Shown one piece after another: positions 37,431-46,988 of a stretch of 64,000 bases of DNA (its first letter is position 1; each line of letters starts with the position of its first letter). The stretch lies in the IMG/VR virus record IMGVR_UViG_3300008085_000002, positions 10 to 64,009 of that record, one strand, 5' to 3'. The translations under genes and the position numbers were made by a program. The stretch is from a virus. Its lineage: Duplodnaviria; Caudoviricetes. Below the pieces are notes generated by a model. That model was not told where the DNA came from. It was given only the letters and a program-made list of their open reading frames with translations, and made no database searches.

Positions 37431-39854
37431 TCAGAACGGTGGCTCCTGGCTATCGCCCTTCGGCCTGCCCTTGCCGTCGACCTTGAGCTCACCCTGCTTC
37501 GGCTTGGGCCAGGTCCGCGTCCCGTGGATGTCCTCCCACCGCTCCCGGCACTCTTCCAGGCTGGGGAGCAGCCAGAAGTACGCGCGCTTCTCGACCTTGC
37601 GCATGAAGCCGTCGCCAGCGGGCTCGTCCCAGCAGGCCATCTGCTGGATGACATCGAGCTTCGGCACGACACGCTTGAGAAACTTGCCGAGCGCGGTCTG
37701 ATTGCCGCGCCGGTTGATCATCCAGCGCCGGGTGTGCTCGATGTAGTCGTCCACCAAGAGCTCCTTGCGGACCTCGTTGGGCCACTCGTCCTGGTCGGAG
37801 AACAAGGAGCCGTCGTTCAGCTTGTTCAGCCACCAGTCCTGCTCCGGGCTGAGGCTCAGGTCCTTCTGGTCCTTGAGCGCATCGGTCTGGGGCACCTGGC
37901 GCACGTCGAATTCGCTGAGGTCGTACGTCAGCAGCAGGTGGAGCAGGGCCTCCCGGCCGCCGTTGTCCATCTGGTCGGCGATGGCGCGGAAGTAGGCGCT
38001 CTTCTGCTGTTGCTCCTTGCCCACGTCGAGCACCAAGAAGCGGCGCTCGTCGCCCGACGCTGGCACCACGTGCTCGTCGTTCGAGGCCATGATCAGGTGG
38101 ACGTAATTGGGGGCGGTCTCCACGTCGACGCCCTTGGCCTCGATCTGCAGCGTGTCTTCGGTGATCAGCGTCTTGAGGATCGACGCATGCTTCTTGTCAC
38201 CCGCGTAGAAGGCCTCGTCGGCGAACAACAGCACCACGTCCCTGAGGTGACTGTTGAAGTTGCCGACCAGGTGGGAGGGGTTGCTGACGTGCAGGAAGTG
38301 GCGGCCCAGGAGGGAGCCGATGACCTTGGCGGCGAAGCTCTTGCCGGTGCCCTTGCCCCCGCGCATCACCACCGCCACCTCCCCTGGGCTATCGGGGTGC
38401 TGCACCATGCGCGCCAGCCAGCCCATCAGGTAGCGGTAGATGGCCTCGTCGCCATTGCAGACGTTCTCAAGCAAGTGGTCGAGAAACAGCTGGCAGTCGC
38501 CCGGCCGCGCGGTGACCGCAAAGCCCTTCCACATGTTGTACGCTCCGGTGATCTCACGCCCAGGGGCGAAGACGATGGTGTCGAATTGGCGGCGCTGCGG
38601 ATGGCCCAGCCACCAGCCGCCGACCGCCTTCATCTTCGGCATGCCGCTCTTCTCGTCGACCCCGACCTGTACGTACTGGTTCATGTGCCGGTTGCGGAAG
38701 TCGTCGAAGCTCTGGCGGGTGAGCCGGGTGCGGTTGAGAGCGTGGTCCACCACCTCTTCGACCACCCGGCACTTGCCGCCGATGTTGCCGATGACAGCGA
38801 ACCGCTCGTTGAGCTTCTGCAGCCACGGGTCAATGGCGTATTCCCGCGCGCGCTCGATCTGCCGGATAGCGTACTTCGCGCCGTTCGAGCCCTTCTCAAT
38901 GATGCTCTCGCTGATGCCGAAGTCGGGGTCAGTGAGCACTGAGAAGATAACGTCATCAGGGACCTCGGCGCGCACCAGCTGGCAGACGCAATCAAACACC
39001 CAGGCTGACCGGCTGTTGTCCCCGGCCTTGATCTCGTCGGGGTGGCGGCCCTGGACGATGATCACCTTGACCCGGTCGGGCACACCCCACTGGTCGAGCT
39101 CGTTCACGTCGTTGAGGCGCTCGACGTTGCCGCTCACCTTGACGATCGGCTCCCGGCCGCCGCCAGCGAAGCCGCCTTCTTCGCGCATCTGCACGGCCGG
39201 GGCAGGGGTGAACTGGCTCAGCGGGTAGACGAGCTCTTCATCGAACGAGACCAGCGTCGCCAGCGTCGCCACGCGGCCCTTCTTCGCCTTGCGCTCGTCA
39301 GGGATGTTGACCGTGCCAGGCAGGCGCATGATGCGGTCGATGTTGTGGCAATTGTCTGCGCCGAACAGCACCTCCAGCTGCTGATTGTACCGCTTGGCGT
39401 CCTCAGCCTTGTCCAGGTCGCCATTGACCGGGATGGGTTGCTCCAGCTTCCAGAAGCCCTGGTAGCCACCGCCGCTGAACACCACCACGGTCGGCGCGGG
39501 TACCCCGGCCGGGAGCCTGGAGGTCAGCAGGCTGAGGGCCCGCTGGCGCTCCTCCTCCAGGTCTTCACCGGCACGGGGGTCGATGTCGACATGCAGCCAG
39601 TCGACCGACTTGATGTCCTCCCGCTCAGCCTTCTTGGTGATGTCCCGGAGCGGCGGGTTGACGTGGAAGTAGATGTTCCGCTGGCCATTGTACTCGCCTA
39701 GCCAGCGGCGCGCCGCGTCCTCATCGGAAGGGTAGAAAGTGCGGGTGTCGATGGCCTTGCGGTCGGGGCGGATCGAGGTGAGGGCCCAGGGCCCAGCGGG
39801 GGCCCAGCGGCGCAGGAAGTCGATGGCTGCATTGGTGTCAGGTTGTACGCTCAC
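37431..39854 (-). CDS. Primase-helicase: RepB'-type primase plus SF3/D5-like ATPase
   Basis: NIYFHVN, LHVDID, VFSGGG, RIMRLPGTVN primase motifs; GGKGTGKS Walker A, LLFADE Walker B. Confidence 0.92.
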   Translation of the reverse strand: MSVQPDTNAAIDFLRRWAPAGPWALTSIRPDRKAIDTRTFYPSDEDAARRWLGEYNGQRNIYFHVNPPLRDITKKAEREDIKSVDWLHVDIDPRAGEDLEEERQRALSLLTSRLPAGVPAPTVVVFSGGGYQGFWKLEQPIPVNGDLDKAEDAKRYNQQLEVLFGADNCHNIDRIMRLPGTVNIPDERKAKKGRVATLATLVSFDEELVYPLSQFTPAPAVQMREEGGFAGGGREPIVKVSGNVERLNDVNELDQWGVPDRVKVIIVQGRHPDEIKAGDNSRSAWVFDCVCQLVRAEVPDDVIFSVLTDPDFGISESIIEKGSNGAKYAIRQIERAREYAIDPWLQKLNERFAVIGNIGGKCRVVEEVVDHALNRTRLTRQSFDDFRNRHMNQYVQVGVDEKSGMPKMKAVGGWWLGHPQRRQFDTIVFAPGREITGAYNMWKGFAVTARPGDCQLFLDHLLENVCNGDEAIYRYLMGWLARMVQHPDSPGEVAVVMRGGKGTGKSFAAKVIGSLLGRHFLHVSNPSHLVGNFNSHLRDVVLLFADEAFYAGDKKHASILKTLITEDTLQIEAKGVDVETAPNYVHLIMASNDEHVVPASGDERRFLVLDVGKEQQQKSAYFRAIADQMDNGGREALLHLLLTYDLSEFDVRQVPQTDALKDQKDLSLSPEQDWWLNKLNDGSLFSDQDEWPNEVRKELLVDDYIEHTRRWMINRRGNQTALGKFLKRVVPKLDVIQQMACWDEPAGDGFMRKVEKRAYFWLLPSLEECRERWEDIHGTRTWPKPKQGELKVDGKGRPKGDSQEPPF

Positions 39855-39856
39855 GA

Positions 39857-40183
39857 TCAGGCCTCCCAGTAGCAGGCCAGGTCGGTGCAGTCGGTCTCGC
39901 CAAGCTCCATCCGGTTGAGCCAGTAGCGGCAGATGCCCATGTCAGCGGCCACCTCCTGCTGTGTCTTGTTGCAGCGGCGGCGCATGATGAAGCACCGCTC
40001 GTGGGCCTTGAGGGGACCGACCCGCACCGACGGCGCGCTGGCGTCGAGGTCACGCTCCCACCTGCTGTATCGGCTCAGCGGCACCTCCAGCCGGGCGGCG
40101 GCCGCGCGCTGGCGCTCCTGGCGGCGACGACGATCAATGGTCAGACGCTCTCCGCGTGTTAGTTTCTGTGGCGCGTCAACCAT
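39857..40183 (-). CDS. Tandem XRE-type HTH protein
   Basis: Two HTH-like segments (QRAAAARLEVPLSRYSRWE; TQQEVAADMGICRYWLNRMELGE). Confidence 0.65.
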   Translation of the reverse strand: MVDAPQKLTRGERLTIDRRRRQERQRAAAARLEVPLSRYSRWERDLDASAPSVRVGPLKAHERCFIMRRRCNKTQQEVAADMGICRYWLNRMELGETDCTDLACYWEA

Positions 40184-40566
40184 CGTATGAGCTCCTCACC
40201 TTCCAATCGGTCCCAGATCACGAGTGCGAGCTCGCGCAATCGGGGTTGTGTTACTTTCCCCAGGTGTCGGGCGGCAGTCTCTCCATCGAAGAGCAGCCAC
40301 TCACGCCCCACCTGGAGCAGGAGGTAGGCGTGGAAGCCCTTCCTCCATCTGCGTTTGAGCCAGACCCGCTGCTGAGGGGTAAAATGCTTCACCCGCACCG
40401 GAGCTTCATCCGACCCTTTGGGCCACCGGGGTAGCCACTTGAGCTCCACCCAGCCGACCGAATAGTTGACATCCGGGGTACCTGGGTAGACCTTGTTCTC
40501 GACCGCCATGGCGTCGAGTGGGCGCAGGGCGCGCACCACGCGGCCCCGCATATTGCTTTCAGCCAC
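40159..40566 (-). CDS. PD-(D/E)xK nuclease (VRR-NUC / Holliday junction resolvase-like)
   Basis: MAES...ENKVYPGTPDV...WVELK...FTPQQRVW. Confidence 0.75.
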   Translation of the reverse strand: MAESNMRGRVVRALRPLDAMAVENKVYPGTPDVNYSVGWVELKWLPRWPKGSDEAPVRVKHFTPQQRVWLKRRWRKGFHAYLLLQVGREWLLFDGETAARHLGKVTQPRLRELALVIWDRLEGEELIRWLTRHRN

Positions 40567-41056
40567 GAGCCACCTGTGGACCGTATGCCTGATTGTGGTA
40601 CTTGCCGTCGTACGAGCGTTCAGTCGGCTCGTCCAGGCGGTGGAACACTACCTGGGCAATAGCCTGCCCCTCGACAAGCCGGATGGGCTTGGGGCCCTTG
40701 TTGCTGAGCTCCAGCGTTAGCCAGCCCTCCCAGCCTGGCTCGATCACGGTGTTGAACACGCTGAGGCCCAGGCGAGCGAGGCTGGACTTGTCGTGGACGA
40801 TGCCGAGCACGTCGTTCGGCATGGTGAACCGTTCCACCCCGGCTGCCAGCGTGAACTCACCGGGGTTGAGCATGCAGTACCGGCCGTCCGGATGAGCGTA
40901 GGCCTTCTTGATCATGGGGTCGGGCTCGGAGCCGAGCACCAGCCGCAAGTCGTAGCCAGCAGGCCCCAAACCATAGCTGAGGCCGCGCTCCTGGGTCCGC
41001 TCAGCGCAGGGCTCCAGGATGTTCAAGCGGCGGATGGTTTGTCCGGAAAGTATCAT
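40559..41056 (-). CDS. dcd: dCTP deaminase / dUTPase family protein
   Basis: MILS...GYDLRL...DKSSLARLGL...IEPGWEGWLTLEL...IAQVVF. Confidence 0.88.
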   Translation of the reverse strand: MILSGQTIRRLNILEPCAERTQERGLSYGLGPAGYDLRLVLGSEPDPMIKKAYAHPDGRYCMLNPGEFTLAAGVERFTMPNDVLGIVHDKSSLARLGLSVFNTVIEPGWEGWLTLELSNKGPKPIRLVEGQAIAQVVFHRLDEPTERSYDGKYHNQAYGPQVARG

Positions 41057-41077
41057 CGTTTCTGCTCCTTGGGTCGC

Positions 41078-43054
41078 CTACTTTGCCTCGCCCCACGAGG
41101 GACCGATCTCGGTATCTACGCGGAATGGCACCTCAGCCTTGCGCACGTCCCGCATCACGGCCGCCATGGCGTAGGCCTCATCCCGGCTTTCAACAGAGCC
41201 GTCGATCTCGTCGTGCACCTGCAGTTGCAGGAAGTGGCCAGCCGCGTCGAGCTCGACCAGCGCCTCCTTGGTCTGGTCGGCGCTGGAGCCCTGGATGAGC
41301 CGGTTCAGCGCCTTGTGCGTCCAGTCATAGGAACCGTCTGGCTTCTGAGGGAAGTGGAGCTTGCGGCCACCGATAGTCTTGATGAAGCCGTTCTTCTTCG
41401 CCTGGGCCTCAGCCTTCTTCGCCAGCTGCTTGATGAACGGCGCACGGCTGTCAAATTTGTCGATGATTTCCTGGCCTTCTTCGCCAGCGGCCTCGAACAT
41501 GTAGCCGTCTTCGACCTCACGGCGCGCCTCCAGTGCCTCTTCACGGGTCGCATGGTAGCTGACCCGGCGCTCCCTCCCACGCCCAGAGGCAAGAGCCCAG
41601 CGAGTGGGGAGACCGCAGTCACGGCTCAGCTTCGCGCCGCCTTCACCGTAGCAGAGCCCCAGGTAGAGGTTCTTGGCGTACTTCCGGGGCAGGCCGGTCA
41701 GGTCGGCCATGAACTGGTGATTGTCGAGGTTGGGGTCGTCCCAGTAGGCCTTGGCTGCCACCCGCGCCTTGGGCAGGTCCATGACGGCCGCGAAGTGTGT
41801 GGTCCACCGGGGCTCCTGCTGGCTGTAGTCGTTGGCCACCCACTCGCAGCCTTCCTCAGGGATGTAGATCGAGCGCCACATGGCGGCGAACTCGTCCCGG
41901 CTCGGCTGCTGCTGGAGGTTGGGGTCGACGCAGCTGAGGCGGCCGTAGCGCGCGCCCTTCTGGTCACCCTTCTCGTCCTCACGAGCGATCTGGTTGAAGG
42001 TGCAATGGATGCGGCCGTTGACCATGTAGTTGCGCACCGACGCGGCGAAGGTGGTGCGCAGCTTGTTGACCTTGCGGGCCCAGGCGATCGAGGTTGCCAC
42101 CTCGTGGTCGATGCCACCGAGCAGGAACTTGTCAATCTGAGGCTGACCAGTGCTCGTCTCTTCGAGCTTGATGCCGATGGCCTCCAGCGCCGGGGCAAGG
42201 GCACCCGCCTTCCACACGTCGCCGATGGCTATGCTGTGGCCGGTGTGGTGCTTGACCCGTGCCAGCGCCTCAGCCTCCTGGGTCATTGACCACTCTTCGA
42301 CCTGGCGCAGCTTCTCAAGATCGATGCGCACCCCGCGCCGCCGCATGCGGACTAGGCAAGGGAGCACCCGGCTCTCCAGGTTCCACACGCCCCACAGGTC
42401 TTCATCGTCGATGCGGCGCTCCTGGCGGCGCATGATGAGCAGCGGCTGCTGGGTGTCGGCCTCGGCATAGGGGCCCACGTAGCGCGCCGGGAGCCGCCAC
42501 ATGCCGCTCTTGGGGTCCACCCCGTAGATACGTGCGGCTTCCTCCAGCAAGGACACGTCCTTGCCCGGTAGGCCGTTGCGCTCGGCTATGTTCTGCAGCG
42601 AGAAGCTGTGGTGGAGCTCGTAGATCAGCGGGTCGGCGATCTGGATGTCTCGGAAGTAGCGGACCTCCTTGAAGTCGACCTCGTCTTCGAGAAGGTAGTC
42701 TAGATCGTACTGCAGGTTCGCGCCGACCAGGTCGCCCTTGAAGACCTTCGCCTGGGCTCGCAGGTAGGCCAGCACCTGGGCCTCGTCCAGGTTGTCCCCG
42801 CCCTCGTGCCGCATGGGCAGGTAGGCACTAGGGCCGTCTTCGATCGTGAAGCTGACCCCGGTGATGAAGCCGCCGCGCCGGACCCCGATGCCCAGCTGCT
42901 TGAGGTGAGGGTCCTTGGTTTCAACGTCGACGCAGACCCGCTTGGCGTCAGCCCAGGAGGGCAATGAGCCCAGGGAGGGAGGGCTCCACTGGCTCTCCGG
43001 GGCGAACAAAGGCATTTGCAGCGGACCTCCACTGCCAGGCTTCCTTGCAGCCAT
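41078..43054 (-). CDS. polA: Family A DNA polymerase with 3'-5' exonuclease
   Basis: DVET exonuclease motif, DYSQQEPR motif A, RKYAKNLYLGLCYG motif B, QVHDE motif C. Confidence 0.96.
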   Translation of the reverse strand: MAARKPGSGGPLQMPLFAPESQWSPPSLGSLPSWADAKRVCVDVETKDPHLKQLGIGVRRGGFITGVSFTIEDGPSAYLPMRHEGGDNLDEAQVLAYLRAQAKVFKGDLVGANLQYDLDYLLEDEVDFKEVRYFRDIQIADPLIYELHHSFSLQNIAERNGLPGKDVSLLEEAARIYGVDPKSGMWRLPARYVGPYAEADTQQPLLIMRRQERRIDDEDLWGVWNLESRVLPCLVRMRRRGVRIDLEKLRQVEEWSMTQEAEALARVKHHTGHSIAIGDVWKAGALAPALEAIGIKLEETSTGQPQIDKFLLGGIDHEVATSIAWARKVNKLRTTFAASVRNYMVNGRIHCTFNQIAREDEKGDQKGARYGRLSCVDPNLQQQPSRDEFAAMWRSIYIPEEGCEWVANDYSQQEPRWTTHFAAVMDLPKARVAAKAYWDDPNLDNHQFMADLTGLPRKYAKNLYLGLCYGEGGAKLSRDCGLPTRWALASGRGRERRVSYHATREEALEARREVEDGYMFEAAGEEGQEIIDKFDSRAPFIKQLAKKAEAQAKKNGFIKTIGGRKLHFPQKPDGSYDWTHKALNRLIQGSSADQTKEALVELDAAGHFLQLQVHDEIDGSVESRDEAYAMAAVMRDVRKAEVPFRVDTEIGPSWGEAK

Positions 43055-43057
43055 CGG

Positions 43058-43498
43058 TCAGAGGCTCGCGTCTTGGGTCGTGCCCTGGCTGTGGATCATG
43101 CGGCACGTGGCGATGAGCGAACGGATGTCTTTCTGAGCCTCCAGTAGGTGCTGCCGGTTGCTCCAGTGCAGGAGCATGTTGAGCGCCCCGGCCTCGACCG
43201 CGTCGCAGCCGTTGACCCGGCAGAATTCGGCGATGGTCTCGTGTGGCACCACCCCGCGCGGCAAGCGGACCCCCTCGTCATAGAGCTCGATGAGCTTCTG
43301 GACATGGTGGTCGGCCTTCTCCAGGTCCTGGAGACCGTTCTTCTTGCGCCAACGAGCCACGTACTTGGTGGCGCAGCCCTCCAGGTAGCCGATCCCGTGG
43401 CGCTCGATCAAGTCCCAGTGTTCGAGCAGCCCATTCTTGTAGTGGTCACCGCCGATCTGGCGTTGGTTAGCAGACAGCAAGCCCATTTCATCCTCCAT
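43058..43498 (-). CDS. DUF3310-family protein (nucleotide-modification associated)
   Basis: QIGGDHYK...GCATKYVARWRKKNGLQDLEKA. Confidence 0.8.
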   Translation of the reverse strand: MEDEMGLLSANQRQIGGDHYKNGLLEHWDLIERHGIGYLEGCATKYVARWRKKNGLQDLEKADHHVQKLIELYDEGVRLPRGVVPHETIAEFCRVNGCDAVEAGALNMLLHWSNRQHLLEAQKDIRSLIATCRMIHSQGTTQDASL

Positions 43499-44154
43499 CA
43501 CTCGCAGAGCTCCTTGATCACGCCTGATTGGCGTGGCAGGAGGTTCTCGCGCGCCTTGAGCGCATCGAGCAGGGCCTGTCCGCGTGGCGGCAATGGCACC
43601 TCGTCGAAGTACCGTTCGATCTCGGTCAGCCCCTCCTGGGCATACAGATTGCCCCGGAGCAGCTGCTCCTTGCTCCACAGCCAGAACTCCAGCCGGTCAC
43701 AGGCCTTGAGCTTGGCGAAGTCGAGCTCGTCAAGATCGTGCTCGGCCGGGAGACCGAGCGAATAATTGATACGGGTCTCCAGCTTCCCGACCTCGTTCTT
43801 GAAGCCGGGGACATAGCGGCCGACCGGAGCCGGGCTGTCGCCCACCCAGGCCTCAGGCACGTCATGGCTGAGGCAGTAGGCCGCCAGCCGGGGGAAGTCG
43901 TCCGGCCACAGGTACCACATCAGCATGGCCACGCCCCAGCTGTGCGCCGCATTCGAGTAGGAGCCTTGGTGAGGGATGCCGTGGCACCGCTCTACCGCAC
44001 CACCTGAGCGGCTCTGGATGACCATGTCGGCAATCGGGCCCCAGCCGCCCCGGTCCTTTTCAGCCGCTTCTGCGCACTGACGCTGCATTGCCTTCACCTC
44101 GTCTTCGGCCTCCCAGCTGGGACGGCCGCCTAGGATTGTTCCACCGCCGCCCAT
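43498..44154 (-). CDS. HD-domain 5'-deoxynucleotidase (YfbR-like)
   Basis: R-x-H...SNAAHSWGV...HDVPEAWVGD...KACDRLE. Confidence 0.8.
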   Translation of the reverse strand: MGGGGTILGGRPSWEAEDEVKAMQRQCAEAAEKDRGGWGPIADMVIQSRSGGAVERCHGIPHQGSYSNAAHSWGVAMLMWYLWPDDFPRLAAYCLSHDVPEAWVGDSPAPVGRYVPGFKNEVGKLETRINYSLGLPAEHDLDELDFAKLKACDRLEFWLWSKEQLLRGNLYAQEGLTEIERYFDEVPLPPRGQALLDALKARENLLPRQSGVIKELCE

Positions 44155-45206
44155 TACTCGGCTTCCTCTTCACGCTTCGCCTGGGCGTCACGGCGGCGCT
44201 CCAGCCATTCCTGGCAGGCCACGCGCCAGTCGGCCGCATGACATTGGCTGAGGTTCTCGAAGGCGAGCTCGAACCGCTCAAGGTCGTCGCTCTCCTTGTA
44301 GGCCTGGTGGGCCAGCCACATGGGAATAGCGACGCGGCGAAAGAACGGGTCACGAAGCCCAGGGGTGGGTCCAACGTCGAGGAACACGCTCAGGTCCTCG
44401 CGCCACTGCTTGATGTTGGTGGAGACGAGCGGGTAGGGCTCGACGAGGCCCTCAGTATAGGGGTTGTAGGGCACTCGCTGGAGGATGGGCTGCACCTGCT
44501 CCAGCGTGGCGTGGTAGGCGTGGAGATTGTTGCTCATCTGGTAGAGCCGACCGACCGGCACACCGACCCCGGCCGCCAGGAATTCCTGGAGGTACGAGAA
44601 GTGGACCGCGTTGGCTCCGTAGGCCCCCCACACCACGTCGTTCGAGCGGTTGCACAGCGTCATGTCCAGCCGCCCTTCGGTGCTGACCGAGACGTAGATG
44701 TGCGTGTTGCAGGGGACATCCTTGCCCCCGGCGCGCGCGGTCGGCGGGTCGACATGGCCGTCCCACATGCTGATGACCTGGCGGCGGTCGTCGGGGTTGC
44801 GCTTGAGCGCCTCGATCACGTCGAGCAGCTGGTCCTGCAGCATGAAGCCCTCGCCATCAGGGGTCGGCTGCTGAAACCACTTGAGCCAGCGCGCGCCATA
44901 GGCCCCGTGCAGGGTCTTGCCGTCGTCGCTGAACGTCTTCATCCGCTTGACGAAGTGCGCCACGTACTTCACGTCGTTGCGCCCCGCCAGCATCCACAGG
45001 CTCTCGAAGAGGTGGAAGAACGGGTTGGCGTCGCGCTCTGGGTAGTAAATCACCCGCTCGCACGGCTCTTCATAGACGGTCGTGACCGGACCCGGAAACA
45101 GGCGCACAGGCCCATTCCTGCTCTCGCGGTCGATGCCTACCTGGTCCAGGTCGACGAGTGCCTTGGGCAGCGCCTCCTGGACGTTCCGGGTCCGGATCAC
45201 ATGCAT
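44154..45206 (-). CDS. Thymidylate-synthase homologue, probable dUMP hydroxymethylase
   Basis: SRNG, NPFFHLFESLWML, GAYG.R, DRRQVISMWD, PCN, RSND motifs; context within the modification operon. Confidence 0.9.
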   Translation of the reverse strand: MHVIRTRNVQEALPKALVDLDQVGIDRESRNGPVRLFPGPVTTVYEEPCERVIYYPERDANPFFHLFESLWMLAGRNDVKYVAHFVKRMKTFSDDGKTLHGAYGARWLKWFQQPTPDGEGFMLQDQLLDVIEALKRNPDDRRQVISMWDGHVDPPTARAGGKDVPCNTHIYVSVSTEGRLDMTLCNRSNDVVWGAYGANAVHFSYLQEFLAAGVGVPVGRLYQMSNNLHAYHATLEQVQPILQRVPYNPYTEGLVEPYPLVSTNIKQWREDLSVFLDVGPTPGLRDPFFRRVAIPMWLAHQAYKESDDLERFELAFENLSQCHAADWRVACQEWLERRRDAQAKREEEAE

Positions 45207-45207
45207 G

Positions 45208-45825
45208 TTATGCGGCCTCCCGCACGATGCCGAGCTCAGCATTGAGGTCGCTGATGAGGGTCGCCGGGAGGTTGCCCTTCGGCCCCGCCATCACCTCAGG
45301 CAGGAAGTCCTGCACCTCAGGCCACACCTCGACCAGGCGGCCGACGGTGGTGACGCTCTCGATGACCGCCTTGACCTTGGCGCGAAGGGCGCGCTCGCGC
45401 TCTTCGACATCCTTGTTCATGGCGTCGAGCACCGCCTTGGCGTCACGCACCGCGTTGCGCGCGGCCATGTAGGGATGGTCGGGGCGGATGATCGAGGCGA
45501 TGTGAGTGCCGTGGCGAGCGTCGTGCACCTCGTAGGGCACCCGCTGCGGTTCGGCGAAGGCGATCTCCAGCACCTCGTTGGTGTCTTCGACCGCGACCTT
45601 GACCTTGCTGGCCTTGGGAAACCAGCCGTCAGGAGCCGACTGCAGCCGCTTGCGGTCGATCTCGGAGAAGGCGGCCTCGTAGCCCACCTGGTCGCGCTCC
45701 TTGGTCAACTGGCGGACCTTCTCGTCTTGTTCGGCGATCAGCAGCCGGTCGGCCGCGAACCGCTGGGTCAGGGCATTGGCGACAATGCCGTCCCTGAGCT
45801 CGGCATTGATACGGATTGTGGACAT
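45208..45825 (-). CDS. Nmad5-like (nucleotide-modification associated) protein
   Basis: Position between the 5-hmdU kinase and hydroxymethylase genes; C-terminal TTVGRLVEVWPE motif. Confidence 0.6.
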   Translation of the reverse strand: MSTIRINAELRDGIVANALTQRFAADRLLIAEQDEKVRQLTKERDQVGYEAAFSEIDRKRLQSAPDGWFPKASKVKVAVEDTNEVLEIAFAEPQRVPYEVHDARHGTHIASIIRPDHPYMAARNAVRDAKAVLDAMNKDVEERERALRAKVKAVIESVTTVGRLVEVWPEVQDFLPEVMAGPKGNLPATLISDLNAELGIVREAA

Positions 45826-45826
45826 G

Positions 45827-46705
45827 TCATCCCTTTCTCGGTTGGTACCTCTGCTTCGGCGCACCCTCACCTAAGCGAGCGCGCTCGTATTTGTCGAACT
45901 CACACAGCGTGTGTTCGACATCGCGCATCTCCCAGCGAGGCCAGTCGACCGGCCAGAAGACCGGGTCGAGCGACTGTGCCAGAAGACAACGCATCCCCGC
46001 AATCAGCGTCTGCTGGTCGCGTGGACCTTGGTAGCGCAGCGTCCCTAAAGGGAGACCCTGCACCCGGCAGAGCCCCCGCGCCGCTCCTGGGCCTGCCGAC
46101 GCCCACGTCATGATGTCCGGGGCCTCGTTGAGCATACTGGTGTGGCGCAGGTCGGTCACGATCTCGTAGGCCATGAACGCCCCCAGGTAGGGGAAGCCGC
46201 ACAGCACCTCGTGGACTGCCTTGAGCTCGGTCGTGTCATCACAGGCGTAGGCCATCACCCCGCATTCAGGCTCGACCGCGCTGATGCACTGCAGCAGGCC
46301 GTCGACCTTGTCCATGCCGGGCGGGCTCTTGATCATGTAGGCAGCCCCTAGGATGGTATGCCCAGAGGCGACGCGGTCCTTGAGCAGGCGGCGCGCTTCC
46401 TCCACGTCCCAGGTGCCCAGGAGCAGAGGCTTGAGGAGCTCCCCGGTTTCGATCTTGTTGAACCACCGGAACACCACGGCCGCCAGGAACTGGCGGTAGC
46501 CGTCGTCGCCCAGCGGCTCCCGGATGTTCTCACGAAACCACCGGGTGACCCGGTCATCTTCTCGGAAAACATTGCAGAAGCGGTAGGCCGCCAAGATGGG
46601 GTCCTTGGTCCAGGGCGGTGGAGCCTCGTTCCACTCAGGCCCGCGATCGAGCATCAGCTGGTAGCGAGCTCGTGCGTAGGCGAAGAACCGTTCAGCGCCC
46701 TCCAC
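45827..46705 (-). CDS. 5-hmdU DNA kinase family protein (aGPT-Pplase1)
   Basis: WTKDPILAAYRFCNVFREDDRVT, FRWFNK, GAFMAYEIVTDL, GPGAARGL, EHTLCEFDKY. Confidence 0.9.
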   Translation of the reverse strand: MEGAERFFAYARARYQLMLDRGPEWNEAPPPWTKDPILAAYRFCNVFREDDRVTRWFRENIREPLGDDGYRQFLAAVVFRWFNKIETGELLKPLLLGTWDVEEARRLLKDRVASGHTILGAAYMIKSPPGMDKVDGLLQCISAVEPECGVMAYACDDTTELKAVHEVLCGFPYLGAFMAYEIVTDLRHTSMLNEAPDIMTWASAGPGAARGLCRVQGLPLGTLRYQGPRDQQTLIAGMRCLLAQSLDPVFWPVDWPRWEMRDVEHTLCEFDKYERARLGEGAPKQRYQPRKG

Positions 46706-46988
46706 GGAACCGCTCCGAGACGCGGCGCGCAAAGCCAGCCCGGTTGATGTCCGGGTGCACCTCCAGACTGCTGTGGGTGATCACCACCCGCTTGTCGTCC
46801 AGCGTACCGGCCATGCTCTTGAAGGCCACTGAGACCATGCTGCTGAACATCAGCAAGGTCGCTGCGTCCCAATAGCGGTGCTCGTCGATCAGCCCCAACA
46901 TGACGATGACGAGCAGGTCAAACATCGACAAATTCTCACGAGTGATGTATGCCGCGCACCGACGGCAGAACCTCCAGAACCTCTTCAC
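46692..46988 (-). CDS. Small hydrophobic hypothetical protein inside the modification operon
   Basis: Overlaps both neighbours; hydrophobic central segment. Confidence 0.45.
   Translation of the reverse strand: MKRFWRFCRRCAAYITRENLSMFDLLVIVMLGLIDEHRYWDAATLLMFSSMVSVAFKSMAGTLDDKRVVITHSSLEVHPDINRAGFARRVSERFRGGR

Noticed and set aside
39857-40183. Tandem-HTH gene as a CI repressor indicating lysogeny
   Set aside because: It is co-directional inside the replication operon, with no divergent promoter, peptidase domain, integrase or partition genes.
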